A DNA stretch of 64,000 nt from assembly GCF_963921235.1 (NCBI RefSeq), contig NC_086097.1:8680001-8744000 (forward strand). The letters run 5' to 3'. Of the stretch, positions 12,925 through 25,882 are shown one piece after another. The translations under genes and the position numbers were made by a program. The notes under the pieces were generated by a model that saw nothing but the letters and a program-made list of their open reading frames with translations, was not told the DNA's origin and searched no databases. Every line of letters starts with the position of its first letter. Within the stretch, counting starts at the first letter, position 1. This stretch comes from Mobula hypostoma (Eukaryota).

Positions 12925-13419
12925 TGCTGGTGTACCTAAGAATTTTGCACAGGACTGTATCTGTCAATATGGAGTGGAGAGCGAGTTTGTAAATATAACA
13001 GGAGGAAATGATTGGAATGGCGAGGGTGGGAGGGGTGTGGGACAGGTGGCAAAGAAGGAGTGCCGGGGAAGAGGGGTGGCATGGATGAAGGCACGCCCAG
13101 CCCTGGGACACTAGACAAGGTAATTTCATTCCGAACTGTTGGGTTATTGATCAGTACAGAATGTCTCTCTGGTGCTTCCCACTCCCTCCCCTCTGCCTTC
13201 CCCTTTTCCCAACCATAATTCCTCTCTCCCTGCCCCCTTCCTCTCTCAGTCAACAATGGAGACCTATATCAGAATCAGGTTTATCATCACTCATATACGT
13301 CATGCAATTTTTTTTGTGGCAGCAGTAAAATGCAATACATAACATTACTGTAGTACTGTGCAAAAGTCTTATGCACCATAGCTATATATAAGTACCTAAA
13401 GCTTTTCCACAGTGGTGTA
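12925..13419. mobile_element. Non-autonomous Tc1-like composite element
   Basis: TIR-like cagtactgtgcaaaagtctt sequences at both ends; body homologous to 25049-25495. Confidence 0.65.
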
Positions 13420-13582
13420 AATACATGATAAGAGACATTTAGTGCTGAAGTGTGCAGCAATATTCACACAGGTGGAATTGAATTTCTGGACTTTTTTGAC
13501 CTGTAGAGTGGTGGAGGCCTGATCAACTTTTTGTGCCATTATTAACAGAAGTGTCTGCTCAGTATAGCATCATGTTATTGAT

Positions 13583-13815
13583 TACTTATTTAGAGATACA
13601 GCGAGGAATGGGCCTTTTCAGCCCTTTGAGCTGTGCCGTCAAGCTACCCACTGATTTAACCCTAACCTAATCGCAGCACAATAACCAATTAACCTATTAC
13701 TGGTACATCTTTGGACTGTGGAAGGAAACCCACGCACTCATGGGAAGGAATTACAAACTCCATTATCAATAGCGGCAGGAATTGAACTCTGAATTCTTAT
13801 GCTCAGAGCTGTGAC
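13583..13815 (-). mobile_element. V-SINE (internally deleted)
   Basis: ttatttagagatacagc tail and tctttggactgtgg V-domain in reverse. Confidence 0.75.
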
Positions 13816-14291
13816 ACTGTGTATAAACTACAGGTGTGAACTTTGGTTTTGAGGGGAAAAACACTAGCATTTTCAAGACCCAGGTTAATAATGTTAAATT
13901 GATGATTTTATATCAGCAGTCAGTATTCCATCATTCAGTTGAAATATTAGAAGCTTAGCCTTGCGGGTGAATGCAAATAATTTGAAACACTTCTAAGAAG
14001 AGCAGGGACGTTCTCAGCATTCTGATCAACACCATTAAAATAAGATTATCGATCATTCAGCCTTCTACCGCATGTGGGATACAACCGTGTAAAGATTAAC
14101 TGCCACATTAAAAGGTAATCAATCAAAGGATTTAGGCATTGCTGGTACAGCCAAAATTTATTGTCCATCCCTCATTACAGTAGATGTCCTGTATACTACT
14201 TGAACTGCTGCAGTCACTGCACTGAAAGTTCTCCCTTCAAAGAGGGAGTTAGGAATTGACCCAAAGGTGATAAAGAAATAGTCACAACTGA

Positions 14292-14725
14292 AACACAAGA
14301 GATTCTGCAGATGTTGGAAATCCAGAGTAACACACACAAAATGCTGGAGAACCTCAGCAGGTCAGGCAGCCTCTATCGATGGAAATGAATAAACAGTGTA
14401 CGTTTCAGGCCAAGACTCTTCTTCATGACTGGAAAGGGAAGGGGAAACGGCAGAATATGAAGGTAGGAGGGAGGGGAAGTAATACAAGCCAGAAGGTTAT
14501 AGGTGAAGCCAAGTGGGTAGGAAAAATAAAGGGCCGGAGAAGAAAGAATCTACGAACGTAATAGGAGAGCAAAGTGGATCATAGGAGAAAGGGAAGGAGG
14601 AGGGGTACCGGGGGAAGTGATAGGCAGGTGAGAAGAGTTAAGAGGCCAGAGTGGGGAACAGAAGAAGGAGGGAAGGGGAAGGGAAAAATCTTTTTACCAA
14701 AAGGAAAAATCAATATTCATACTAT
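14292..14725 (-). mobile_element. Penelope-derived 3' end fragment
   Basis: aaatgctggagaacctcagcaggtcaggcagc, a degenerate hammerhead and a purine-rich tract. Confidence 0.8.
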
Positions 14726-14848
14726 CCATTTGCATGCTACCGAGATGCAACACAGAACGTCACAGGAAGTCATTCCTGCCTGTGGCCATCAAACTTTACA
14801 ACTCCTCCCTTGGAGGGTCAGACACCCTGAGCCAATAGACTGGTCCTG

Positions 14849-15802
14849 GAACACACATCAAAGTTGCTGGTGCAGCAGGCCAGGCAGCATCTCTAGGAAG
14901 AGGTGCAGTCGACGTTTCAGACTGAGACCCTTCGTCAGGACTAACTGAAGGAACAGTGAGCAAGGGATTTGAAAGTTGGAGGGGGAGGGGGAGATCCAAA
15001 ATGATAGGAGAAGACAGGAGGGGGAGGGATGGAGCCAAGAGCTGGACAGGTGATTTGCAAAAGGGATATGAGAGGATCATGGGACAGGAGGTCCGGGAAG
15101 AAAGACAAGGTGGGGGGGGGGGACCCAGAGGATGGGCAAGGGGTATATTCAGAGGGACAGAGGGAGAAAAAGGAGAGTGAGAGAAAGAATGTGTGTATAA
15201 AAATAAGTAACGGGATACGAGGCGGAGGTGGGGCATTAGCGGAAGTTAGAGAAGTCAATGTTCATGCCATCAGGTTGGAGGCTACCCAGACAGAATATAA
15301 GGTGTTGTTCCTCCAACCTGAGTGTGGCTTCATCTTTACAGTAGAGGAGGCCGTGGATAGACATGTCAGAATGGGAATGGGATGTGGAATTAAAATGTGT
15401 GGCCACTGGGAGATCCTGCTTACTCTGGCGGACAGAGCGTAGGTGTTCAGCAAAGCGGTCTCCCAGTCTGCGTCGGGTCTCGCCAATATATAAAAGGCCA
15501 CATCGGGAGCACCGGACGCAATATATCACCTCAGCCGACTCACAGGTGAAGTGTTGCCTCGCCTGGAAGGACTGTTTGGGGCCCTGAATGGTGGTAAGGG
15601 AGGAAGTGTAAAGGCATGTGTAGCACTTGTTCCGCTTACAAGGGTAAGTGCCAGGAGGGAGATCAGTGGGGAGGGATGGGGGGGACGAATGGACAAGGGA
15701 GTCACGTAGGGAGCGATCCCTGCGGAATGCAGAGAGAGTGGGGGAGGGAAAGATGTGCTTAGTGGTGGGATCCTGTTGGAGGTGGCGGAAGTTACGGAGA
15801 AT
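14849..15802 (-). mobile_element. Penelope-like element, 5'-truncated, with open GIY-YIG endonuclease domain
   Basis: ORF 15236-15817: PCKRNKCYTC...VIYCVRCSRCGLLYIGETRRRLGDRFAEH...VATHFN...LEEQHLIFCLGSLQPDGMN. Confidence 0.95.
14906..14943 (-). ncRNA. Minimal type I hammerhead ribozyme motif, intact core
   Basis: Minus strand TAGTC-CTGACGA-AGGGTCTCAGTCT-GAAAC-GTC-GACTG. Confidence 0.85.
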
Positions 15803-16917
15803 ACAAGTGCTACACATGCCCTTACACTTCCTCCCTTACTAATTTCAGTACAAAGAGAGCATTAATGGGAAAACAAGCTCAATATTTCAGGGAAGTGACT
15901 ATTCTTCAAAAGCAACATACACACGAAATGCTGGAGGGTCTCAACAGGTCAGGCGGCATCTTTGGAGAGAAATAAACAGTCTATATTTCGGACTGCAACA
16001 CTTCATCAGAAATGGCCATCCTTTATTTTCCAAGTTGATATCATGTGTGACCAGAAGGAGAACTTGAAGGTATCTGTGAACTTGTCAATGTGAGTTCCTT
16101 GTCCTCCCAGATGATGAAAGACATGATTTGGGTTACAAACGTATATTGGCTAAAAAAAAAAGCTTTGAAACATTACGGAAATCTGCATGTTACTAAATAA
16201 ATGCAGGGTGCTAATAATAAGCTGGTAGCCTTTCTTAGCTTACGTATTTACTTAGCTACGAGGGATTTTGTGCAGCTGAAATTAGAATTTCATTATTATG
16301 GTAGAAATAAAGAAGAAAAACCTAAATGCAAAAAAAAAGTCTATTGGAGTGTTCTCAGAAGCAGTGACTCTCAATTGATGTTATACAATAAAAATGCATA
16401 AATTATTCATACCAGAATTAGTTTAGCAATAAGGTACATTGATGTAAACCTATCCTAAATTGTCTCATATTAATAATGTATAAATTGATATTTGATTCTT
16501 TATTAATGTATTTTCTTTTAAAATGCACAGCAACATTATTTTAGTTGAAGCATTAATTAAAATGACAGTCTCCAATTATTGCCACTGCAGCTTCAAATTC
16601 TGGCATGCAAGAGTCATGTGAATTTAACCTGCAGTAGAAAACAGCTTTGTTTATAATGGCACACTGATTGCAGGCTAGGTCAAGGATGGATACATATTAA
16701 GCTGAGCTGAAGATTATATTTTTTAAAGATTTGAGCTACTGTACCTATTAAGCTAATAGAAGATCAAGAAAAAAAGAGCACACCAGAGGGGAATCATAAG
16801 AAATACTTATTCTTTCTTTTCTCTGCCAAGGTTAGAATTTATTGACTTGTTTATTTGATGCAAATTAATTTCCTAGAATGTAAAAACTCAGGCAGGATAG
16901 AGAATGATACATTCACA

Positions 16918-17221
16918 GGGGAGGCACGATAGCGTAGTGGTTAGCTCAATGCTTTACAGTGCCAGTGACCCAGGTTCAATTCCCGCTGCTGCCTGCAAGG
17001 AGTTTGAATGGTCTCTCCGTGAGCGCGTGGGTTTCCTTTGGGTGCTCCAGTTTCCCACCACAGTCCAAAGATGTACTGGTTGATAGGTTAATTAGACATT
17101 GTACATTGTCCCGTGATTAGGCTAGAGTTAAACCCGGATTTGCTGGCAGGGTAACAGGGTAGCTCAAAGAGTCAGATGGCCTATTCTGCACTACATCTCA
17201 ATAAATAAATAAATAAATAAC
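16918..17221 (+). mobile_element. V-SINE, full length
   Basis: A box tagcgtagtgg, B box ggttcaattcc, V-domain gcgtgggtttcctttgggtgctccagtttcccaccacagtccaaaga, (TAAA)n tail. Confidence 0.9.
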
Positions 17222-17929
17222 ATAAACAACAGGAATTCTGCAGATGCTGGAAATTCAAGCACCAGCAACTTTGAAATAAATAACATAGTGTTTGCAGTAC
17301 CGAGCCACAATTCATGCAGAAATAGTGTCCTTTTCATTTTCAACATTTTAAGCATTTCTCCATGGAGCTCAACTACTATAATATATCCCATGTTGACTTT
17401 AATGCATAAAATGTAATGTTAAACAGTGTGATAGAATGAATTCAGTAATAATTTCTCCTCTTTCGACATCAAAGGATTTTGACTGGCATTCTTGTGATTT
17501 TGAACAGAATAACTTAAGCAGTGTGGCCTTGTGACATTTTGCTTCGGTAATCAATACAGCACTTTCCTAAAAGTGCGCCACTTCACGTCCATACATTTTG
17601 TAGTGAAGTATTTGCACTCTTACTGAGCACTAGAGTTATCATAAGGGTAGAGTAGAGGACTCTTACATTGAAGCAAGCCTGTCCCTCCCATACATCCAAC
17701 AATCCAGCAGGTCAAAGGTACTGCAGCATTAGGACAAGAACTGTTAGGATGGGAAACAGCTTCTATACCAGGACATTAAACTTCAGCTACAGAATCTCTT
17801 GTGTTACTGAGCTCCCTGCCACCATCTGAATCTCATCATGTATGAAGCACCAGTATCATTATACTATTTGCTTTTTAACTTGTGTCAGAAGTGCACTTTA
17901 TTATATTTTGCTTTATTTGTGGTAATAAA

Positions 17930-19400
17930 GCAATAAGACCATATGATATAGGAGCAGAATTAGGCCATTTGGCCCATCGAGTCGGCTGCACCCTTCCATC
18001 ATGGCTGATTTACTACTTTTTCAGCCTCATTCTCCTGCCTTCTGTCTGTGTCTTTTGACACCCTGACTAACCGAGAACCCATCAACCTCTGCTTTAAATA
18101 TACTCAATGACTTAGTTGCCACAACCATCCTTGGCAAGATACTCCTCAGATTCACCACAATCTAGCTAAAGAAATTCCTTCTCATCTCGGTTCTAAATGG
18201 ATTTCCCTCTATTCTGAGGCTGTGCCTTCTGGTTCTAGACTCCTTCACTATAAGAAATACCCTCTCCACATCCACTCTATCTAGGCATTCAATTCAATAT
18301 TCCACAGGTTTCAATGAGATCCCACCTCATTTTTCTAAACTCCAGTAAAGTTTAGGGCCAGAGCCTTCAAACACTCCTCATACATTAGCACTTTCATTCC
18401 CAGAGTCATTCTTGTGGACCTCCTCTGCATCCTCTCCAATGCCAGCACATGCTTTCTTTAATAGGGGTCCAAAACTGCTCACAATACTGCATTATAAAAC
18501 CTCAGCATCACATCATTGTTTTTATATTCCAATGCTCTCACAGCATTACATTTGCCTTCCTTACTACCTACTCAGCCTACATGTTAACCTTTTAGGGAAT
18601 GCTGTACAAAGACTTCCAAGTCCATTTGCACCTCTGATTTTTGAAGTTTCCCCTTATTTAAAAAATAGTCCACACCTTTATTCCTTCTACCAAAGTGCCT
18701 GACCATGCAGTTCCCTACACTATATTCCACAACTCATTTTTTTGCCTATTCTGCCAATTTGTTCCTTCTGCAGACTCCCTACTTCATCAAAACTACCTAA
18801 CCCTCCACCTATAATGTGAAAAGAGGTGGACCCTATACTGGTCCCTGTGGAACACTACTAGTTACCAGCAGCCAACCAGATAGGCCCCCTTTTACTCAGA
18901 CTCTATGCCTCATGCCAGTCAACCAATCTTCTATCCATGATAGTATTTTTCTCATAATACCATGGGCTTGTATTTGTAAAGTAGCCTAATGTCCTTCCTG
19001 ACAATCTCACTACACACTTCCTACTCAGTTTCCCATCCTCCTGCCAAATTAATGTAAACTCTCTCCAACAGGATGTATATTGTATACATTTCCCTGACAT
19101 TAAATGTACCTGTTGAAAGCTACTGAAAAGCTCGAGCAAACCCGCCCACAAAGATATTGTCCCTCTTGGGTTCAGGTGTAACCCATCCTTTTTATAAAAG
19201 TCCTAGCTTCCCCAGAAGAGATCTCAATGATCCAGAAATGTGAAACCCTGTCTCCCTTCACCAGTTCCTCAGCCAATCGTTCATTTGTACTATCATCCTC
19301 TTCCTGCCATGATTCTCATGTGACACTGGGAGTAATCCAAAGATTACTACCTTGGAGATGTTCTTCAGTCTCTTCCCTAGTTCCCTATACTCACTGCTCG
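17930..19400 (-). mobile_element. CR1 LINE remnants (3' end, RT pieces and ORF1 esterase remnant)
   Basis: CR1 3' terminus at about 17935; GVPQG RT motif at about 18845; KDGLHLNPRG (SGNH esterase block of CR1 ORF1) at about 19160-19190. Confidence 0.75.
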
Positions 19401-19404
19401 GGGT

Positions 19405-19665
19405 AGAATATAAGACCATAAGATATCAGAAGAGAATTAGGTCATTTGGCCCATTAAGAATGCTCTACCATTTCATCATGGCTGATTCATTTTCTTTCTC
19501 AGCCCCAATCTTCTGCCTTCACCCCTTCATGCCCTGACTAATCAAGAATCTATTAACCTCTGCCTAGAATATACATAAAGATTTTGCTTCCACAGCTTCC
19601 TGTGGCAAAGAATTCCACAGATTCACCACTCTCTGGCTAAAGAAATTCCTCATCATCTCCGTTCA
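19405..19665 (-). mobile_element. CR1 3' end fragment
   Basis: Same terminus as 17935 and 51865 (taagaccataagata...ggccc...ctctggctaaagaaattcct). Confidence 0.8.
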
Positions 19666-20027
19666 TCTCCATATACTACTTTATATACTGAGTTACGTGA
19701 GTTATCTGTACTGTGTTATGCAGCTTGGACTGGAGGAAATGTTGTTTGATTTGGTGGTATACATGTGTACGGCTGATGGACAATAAACTGAACTTGAATT
19801 TGAAACATTTAAGGAACAGAAGTTCTGCAAAAGCTAACTGAATTTTCTGGTAAGGATTGTACAGAGCTTTATTTTCTAAGCTTAGATATGTTTTTCGTAT
19901 CAACCATGCATTGTATTTCTCACTCAATATTCAATTCCATTTCAATTTTCAGAAATGGTGAATAAGATAGCATCTTTGAATGCTTGTGAATAAAGATAAA
20001 TTTCTGAAGGCTTCTGCTCAGTGTAAT

Positions 20028-20260
20028 ACAATAATAATAACTTATTTATAGAGCACTTTTCATACAGAAGATGTAGTTCAAAGTGCTTTACAGGGGGATA
20101 CATACAAATATGAAAATAAAAGACAAAAAGGTGTTAGTTAAATAAGGTTAAACAAATAGGTTTTGAGTTGGTGTTTAAAATTGACAACTGAGTCTGCATC
20201 CCTTATAGTTTTAGGCATTGAATTCCACAGCTTAGAAGCATGGTTCAGAAAAGCTGACCA
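20028..20260 (-). mobile_element. L2 LINE 3' end
   Basis: AFLNHASKLWNSMPKTIRDADSVVNFKHQLKTYLF, then tgtaaagcactttga...aaagtgctctataaataag and a (TTA)n tail. Confidence 0.8.
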
Positions 20261-20528
20261 GCATATACTGTATATATGCCATAAATACAAATCCATCTTT
20301 GGCTTACCTGGCAGTTTAGAAGAATGCTTGCCAAAGAAAAGAACATATAACTGTACCGCAGTACATGTGACAGCAATAAACCACTTCTGATTCCAGATTC
20401 GTATAATGTACAGGAACATCAGAATGAATTTGTTAGCCAGCTGACGTGGCCTGTCACATTAGTATTAAGGTTTCAAAAACTCATTTTAAATCCCAGTTTG
20501 AGGTTTTTAGTATTGGATAATGTTAAAC

Positions 20529-20860
20529 TTCATTGGCCCACTACACTGCTGGAGTTTAGGGCAGCAATGAAGGTCTGCCGTCTCTGTCTGTCCATACCAT
20601 TACACAGAGATGTAGAAGGACTCTTCATTACTGTTTCCATAATAAGTTTTTGACCAATCAGGGCTATTAGCCTTGAGCTGAACCCTGAACCTGGTGGACC
20701 GGTGGACCACTCTTAGTCTGGCCTCTACCCCTTGACCTGTTTGACATGAGTGCCCCACCAAGAGCCAAAGCACAAGGCCCTGACCCTAGCCAACATAGCT
20801 CTCTGGATCATTGAGGCATGCAGACCTCCAAACCCCATGACAAGGTTGTGGTCCTCCTGG
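20529..20860 (-). mobile_element. Bipartite non-autonomous RTE derivative (5' UTR fused to 3' end)
   Basis: Minus strand begins ggaggaccacaaccttgtcatggggtttggagg...tcaatgatccagagagctatg, resembling RTE/Expander 5' ends, and ends in an RTE-like tail. Confidence 0.6.
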
Positions 20861-21194
20861 AGAATTATTAGATGTGGTCTGAGCTTATAAAGGAGACAAG
20901 AGCCAGCTCAGATGGCGTGCTAATAGGTGAAGGTTTTCAAACAGACATCATGGTATTAGCTCAGATGTATTTCTCTTTGTTCTAAATGAAACTGTTTTCT
21001 GCTACAAGGTAAATTTGAAAGACTCAGCATGCCCTGAATTCCAACCTATTGTGGCAATAATAGATTACAAAGGAGACATACAATAATATCCATGATACGG
21101 CAAAGGTAATGTAAGGCTTTGTAAAACATTGGTAATAGCATTAAAGGAATTTTGTCAGATGGAATTTTCAATGAGAAAATTTAAACGTCTGTAC

Positions 21195-21665
21195 ACCAGT
21201 AGGCCCTCCATTGTTTGGGGTCAACCATGAATACTGTGTCCTAGTGGTATATGTGATACGCAAGCCAGCACAATATGATATATAGAGCAAGCTGTTGCGG
21301 CAGGCTCCCTCTCTCCACGCAGCTGATGGATCTAAATTAACAGCAGAGACCAATACAGTTTGGCATCCATGGCATCAAAGGAATTGCCCGTCAGCATTGA
21401 ACACAACATGGGACTGCCTTAGGGACCCCAGCCCCAGATTTTTTCCTCTGGAATCCTTCATCATGCCTGGAAATAGCCACAAGGCAAGGGAGGTTTGAGA
21501 TCAGAGTTTTTCCTTCTCCTAGATGAGCTGCTAACCATGGCTGATTAGCCACAGATACCTGAAATGTCTGATTTTAAGGTGCCGGTAACCTGCTTTTGTC
21601 CTTTCTCCTGTCAGTAGAAACATTTCTGCTGGGCTTGGTGGTTAAGCAACACGTGAAGGCCAAGA
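21195..21665 (-). mobile_element. Non-autonomous RTE-related short element
   Basis: Homologous to 10925-11305. Confidence 0.55.
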
Positions 21666-21666
21666 G

Positions 21667-21905
21667 CTCCAGCCCTTTACTTTTCCTACCCACCTGGTTT
21701 CACCTATCATCTTCTTGCTATCCTCCTTCTCCTCCCCTTGCCTTTTTGTTCTGGAGCTTTCACTTCCAGTTCCGAAGAAGGGTCCCGGCCTGAAACGGTG
21801 ACTGTTTAGTCATTTCCTTAGATGCTGTGTGACCCGCTGAGTTCCTCCAGCATTTTCTGTGTGTTCCTCTAGATTTCCAGCATCTGCAGAACCTCTTGTA
21901 TTTAC
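21667..21905 (+). mobile_element. Penelope-derived 3' end fragment
   Basis: Degenerate hammerhead at about 21767-21805 and ctgagttcctccagcatttt. Confidence 0.8.
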
Positions 21906-22299
21906 GGAATAGGTTAAGCTAGAAGAAAATTAAGAATGGTAGGGCAGGAAGGAAAATAGTGACAGCCAGATTATGGTGGGAACAGGGAATAGGGTGAAAA
22001 CACATGACAAAGCACATTTGAGTATTTCATGTGGGACAAGCTCAGGCTGTCATTGCGTGTCATTGATTTTTCAGAACTGAAAGCGTTCTTGGTAAGTCTA
22101 GAATTGAATGCCAACCCATACCTGTCCTTGAGGAGGTGGTGATGAGCAGTTCTCGGAGTTGAGGTGCAGTTACTGTGCTATTGGTCATCATGCAGGACTT
22201 AAACGCAGGAATAGTGATATATTGCCACATCTGGATGGGATGTTAAAGAAATAGTTAGCCCTGAAAGGAGACAGACATAAGTTCAGAAGCTTTGGATTG

Positions 22300-22722
22300 A
22301 ATCATAGAGTAATAGAAAAGTACAGCACAGAAACATCTAGGCTGTGCCAAAACATTTAAACTGCCTACTCCTACTGACCTGTACCAGGATCACAGCCCTC
22401 CTCACCCCTACCACGCATGTACTTATCCAAACTTCCGTTAAATGTTGAAATCGATCTGGCATATACCATTCACGCAGCAGTTCATTCCACACTCTCACAA
22501 ACCTCTGAGTGAAGAAGTATCCCTTCATGCTCCCCTTAAACTTTTCACCTTTCACTATTAACCATGAACCCTATTTGTAGTTCCACCCAACCTCAGCTTG
22601 CATTTAAGTACCCTATCGATACTCCTCATAATTTTCTATACTTCTATCAAATCTTCTCTCAGTCTTCTATGTTCCAAGGAATAAATTCCTAACCTATTCA
22701 ATCTTTCCTTATAACTCAAGTC
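22300..22722 (-). mobile_element. CR1 3' fragment
   Basis: KGEKFKGSMKGYFFTQRFVRVWNEL. Confidence 0.85.
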
Positions 22723-23751
22723 TCAGGCTTTAAACAGAACCAGAATCAAAATTAGAATCAGGTTTAGTATCACTGACATATGTTGTGAAATTTGTTTTTT
22801 TTTCATCAGCAGTAAATTGCAATACATAGTAATAAAAAAACTATAAATTACAGTAAGAAATATGAGCATATATAAGTTAAATAAGTAGTGCAAAAAAGAG
22901 GAAAAAACTGAGCAAAACAAATACTAAGGTCGCATTGATGGGTTCAGTGCTCATTCAGAAACCTGATAGTGGAGGAGAAGAAACTGTTCCTTAAATGTTG
23001 GGTGTGTGAAACAATCAACTTCATTGACAGTGGGCGACAGGGAATTAAGGGCAACAGTGTTAGTGTTTATCTCACACATAACCAATTTCTTAGCCCTTTC
23101 AGGAACACCACATACTTTGCTGCCCTGATACTCTAGTGAACTACCTTCAGTCTGTGAAATCCTTAAGGAAGGTCTGTATAAAATGGTGAAACGTAGCTGT
23201 TACAAGGCAAGATATAAAGGGACACCATCAAGCTCCCACACTGCCAAATCATTCTAATGCAACAATAACATTTATGGTATTCCCCAGCTTGTCATGCAAT
23301 GTGTGCTTTGCATGAAAGATCCTAAACCTCATTAGCTTTCTATGTAAATGAAAGCCACAGACCAACAAAGTACAGCTTGCACTCAACACAAACGAGTGAA
23401 ACTCAAGTCAGCATTAAATTGAGATCATGTGCCATGCCATTTTTTTTAGAGATACAGCATGGAACATGCCAGCCCGTTCCAACAAGCCAAACTGTAGCTG
23501 AAGAGTAGGTAGGAGAATCCCTGGCAACACTGGATACTGTTGGAAGCTCCGAAGCACTGGCCTCTGGGATGAGTTTGGTAAGACACAATGGAGAGAAAAC
23601 ATGGACCAGAAGTTCAGAGATCCAAGTAAGTTTGGTAACCTCAGAGGAAGGACCAAAGGCAATTACTTTTTAAAATCTTTACATTGTATTTAACATTAAT
23701 TTTGATTGAAATAGGTTGTTCATGGGTTAATCCTGACAAACTCCAGATACA

Positions 23752-24048
23752 ATTTATTTATTTATTCAGAGATACAGCACAGAACAGGCCCTTCCATTCC
23801 AATAAGTCACACTGCCCAGCTACCCACCAATTCAACCCTAGCCTAATCATGGGGCAATTTACAATGACTAGTGAACCTACCAACCACCTTTGGAATATGG
23901 GAAGAAACCAGAGGACCTGGAAGAAGCACACACATTCCACAGGGAGAAACATACAGATTCCTTACAGACCTCACCAGAATCGAACTGTGAGCTCCAATTT
24001 CCCGGGCTGTAATAGCGTCATGCTAACCGCCACGCTACCGTGGCGCCC
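23752..24048 (-). mobile_element. V-SINE
   Basis: Head gggcgccacggtagcgtggcggttagc on the minus strand; (TAAA)n tail. Confidence 0.85.
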
Positions 24049-24534
24049 AATGTCATGTTATAATGACATTTTCTGTTGCTTGTGGGCACGTCTGCAGAGA
24101 GAAAATAGCTCAGCTGAATGGAACTTGCATTGGGTGTTTATAATATTCTACCAATTTACTGAACTCAGCAAAACAGGGAGAGTGACGCAGGCTTCAGTAA
24201 ATTACTAAAGCATCCACCACCACGCTGAAAGAGTGCTGACCCAAGCGTAGCTCACTCATCAAGCTGTAGCAAACACATCAGTTTTCTGCACAGGCAATAA
24301 AGGGTCACTTGAGACAGAGACAGCTGAAGAATTAACTTTACAATCAACCCCTGCTGCTGGTACCTCGGCAGGGATACACTTAATAGCTCTGCATGAGCAA
24401 GCAACGTACAAAGGATCATGAATCGCAGGGGACTCCTTAAGATGCAGAAGAATCTGAGAACACACACACACCAACTGTAATACCCCAGATGAACTCAACT
24501 ATCATCAGTGTTCCCTTGCTGAATAAATTCTGTC

Positions 24535-25048
24535 ATTCAGCAGTTCTTCTGCATTTGGAGTTTGAGGAGATTTAGTATGTCACTAAAGACCCTAGAAAAT
24601 TTCTACCAATGTACCGTGGAGAGCATTTTAATTGGTCGCATCTCTGCCTGGTATGGGGACTTTAATGCATATACACAAAGAGAAAGCTGCGGAGGGTTGT
24701 AAACTTAGCCAGATCCATTAAGGTTGCAAACCTCTTCACCATCAAGGACGTCTTCAAAAGACAGTGCCTCGCTAAGTTGGCATCCATCGTTAATGATCCT
24801 TACCAGCTGGGGTCTCTTCTCATTACTGCCATCAGGGAGGTGGTGCAGGAGCCTAAAGATGTAAATCTAATGTATTAGGAACAGTTTGGTCCCCAGTGCC
24901 ATTGCATTTCACAGTGATCCATGAAATCATGAACACTACCTCACCATTCATCTTCTGCACGATTTATTTTATCTTTAGTGTAATTTATAATAATCTTTTT
25001 ACGTCTTGCGCTGTACTGCTGCCACAGAACAACAAATTTTACAACATA
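24535..25048 (+). mobile_element. Rex1/Babar 3' fragment (tail resumes at about 25496-25531)
   Basis: FYQCTVESILIGRISAWYG and SLLPSGR motifs; 3' UTR interrupted by the Tc1-like composite. Confidence 0.8.
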
Positions 25049-25495
25049 CAGTACTGTACAAAAGTCTGAGGCACATATACATAGCTAGGGCGCCTAAGAC
25101 TTTTGCACAGTACTGCATTCGCCAATGTGGAGCAGAACGTGAGTTTGTAAATGTAGTGGGAGCAAAGGAGGCGGGGACTGGTGAGGGTGGAGTATCATGG
25201 GAGGGGTGTGGGACAGATGGTAGAGAAGGAATGCCAGGGGCAGAAGATTGTGTGGGTGCAGCCACACCCAGCCCTGAGACACCCAGCAAGATCATTTGAT
25301 TCCAAACAATTCATTTATTGATTATTACAGAATTCCTCTCAGGTGCTTTCCGCTCCCTCCCTTCTTCTTTTCTCTATCCCTGCCCCCTTCTCACAATAGA
25401 TACCCATATCAAAATCAAGCTTATATAAATCACTCACATATATCATGAAATTTGTGTTTTTTGCAGCAGAAGTACAGAGCAGTACATAAAACCAC
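25049..25495. mobile_element. Non-autonomous Tc1-like composite; 67-bp palindromic TIR-TIR unit at 25049-25115
   Basis: ta-cagtactgtacaaaagtctgagg...cctaagacttttgcacagtactg; body homologous to 12925-13419. Confidence 0.7.
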
Positions 25496-25882
25496 TAGTC
25501 ACTGATAATAAACCTACTTTTGATTCTGATTATGGATCATGGAGGCTTTGTAACTAAGACAGGGCTGCACCCATGGACTGTACAGCTTAGCACTAGCATT
25601 TCCTGATTTGGAAATTACTGGGTGAAATTACAGGTGCAAGATGAATCAAAAATAGAAGAGTGAGCTGAAGAGTGGGTAGGAGAATCAGAGGCAACATTGG
25701 AATACTGCTGAAAGTTCTGGAGCATTGTCAGGTTTGGAGGATAAGAGTGTTGTCTTCGGGGATGAGACTAACAAGGTAAAATGAAGAGAAAGCAGGGACC
25801 AGAAGTTCAGAGTTCCAAGTGAGCTCGGTAACATCAGACGAAGGAACAAAGACAAATCCTTTTATTTTCTTTGCACTGTATT

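Noticed and set aside
21590..21665. Twister-like words (ccaagccc...ggagaaagg) on the minus strand
   Set aside because: P1, P2 and the UAA cleavage loop could not be built from this copy.
23684..24208. 174-aa ORF
   Set aside because: Mostly antisense V-SINE; no protein features.
24250..24421. Stop-free frame rich in T/S/A/E
   Set aside because: No start codon, splice context or identifiable domain.
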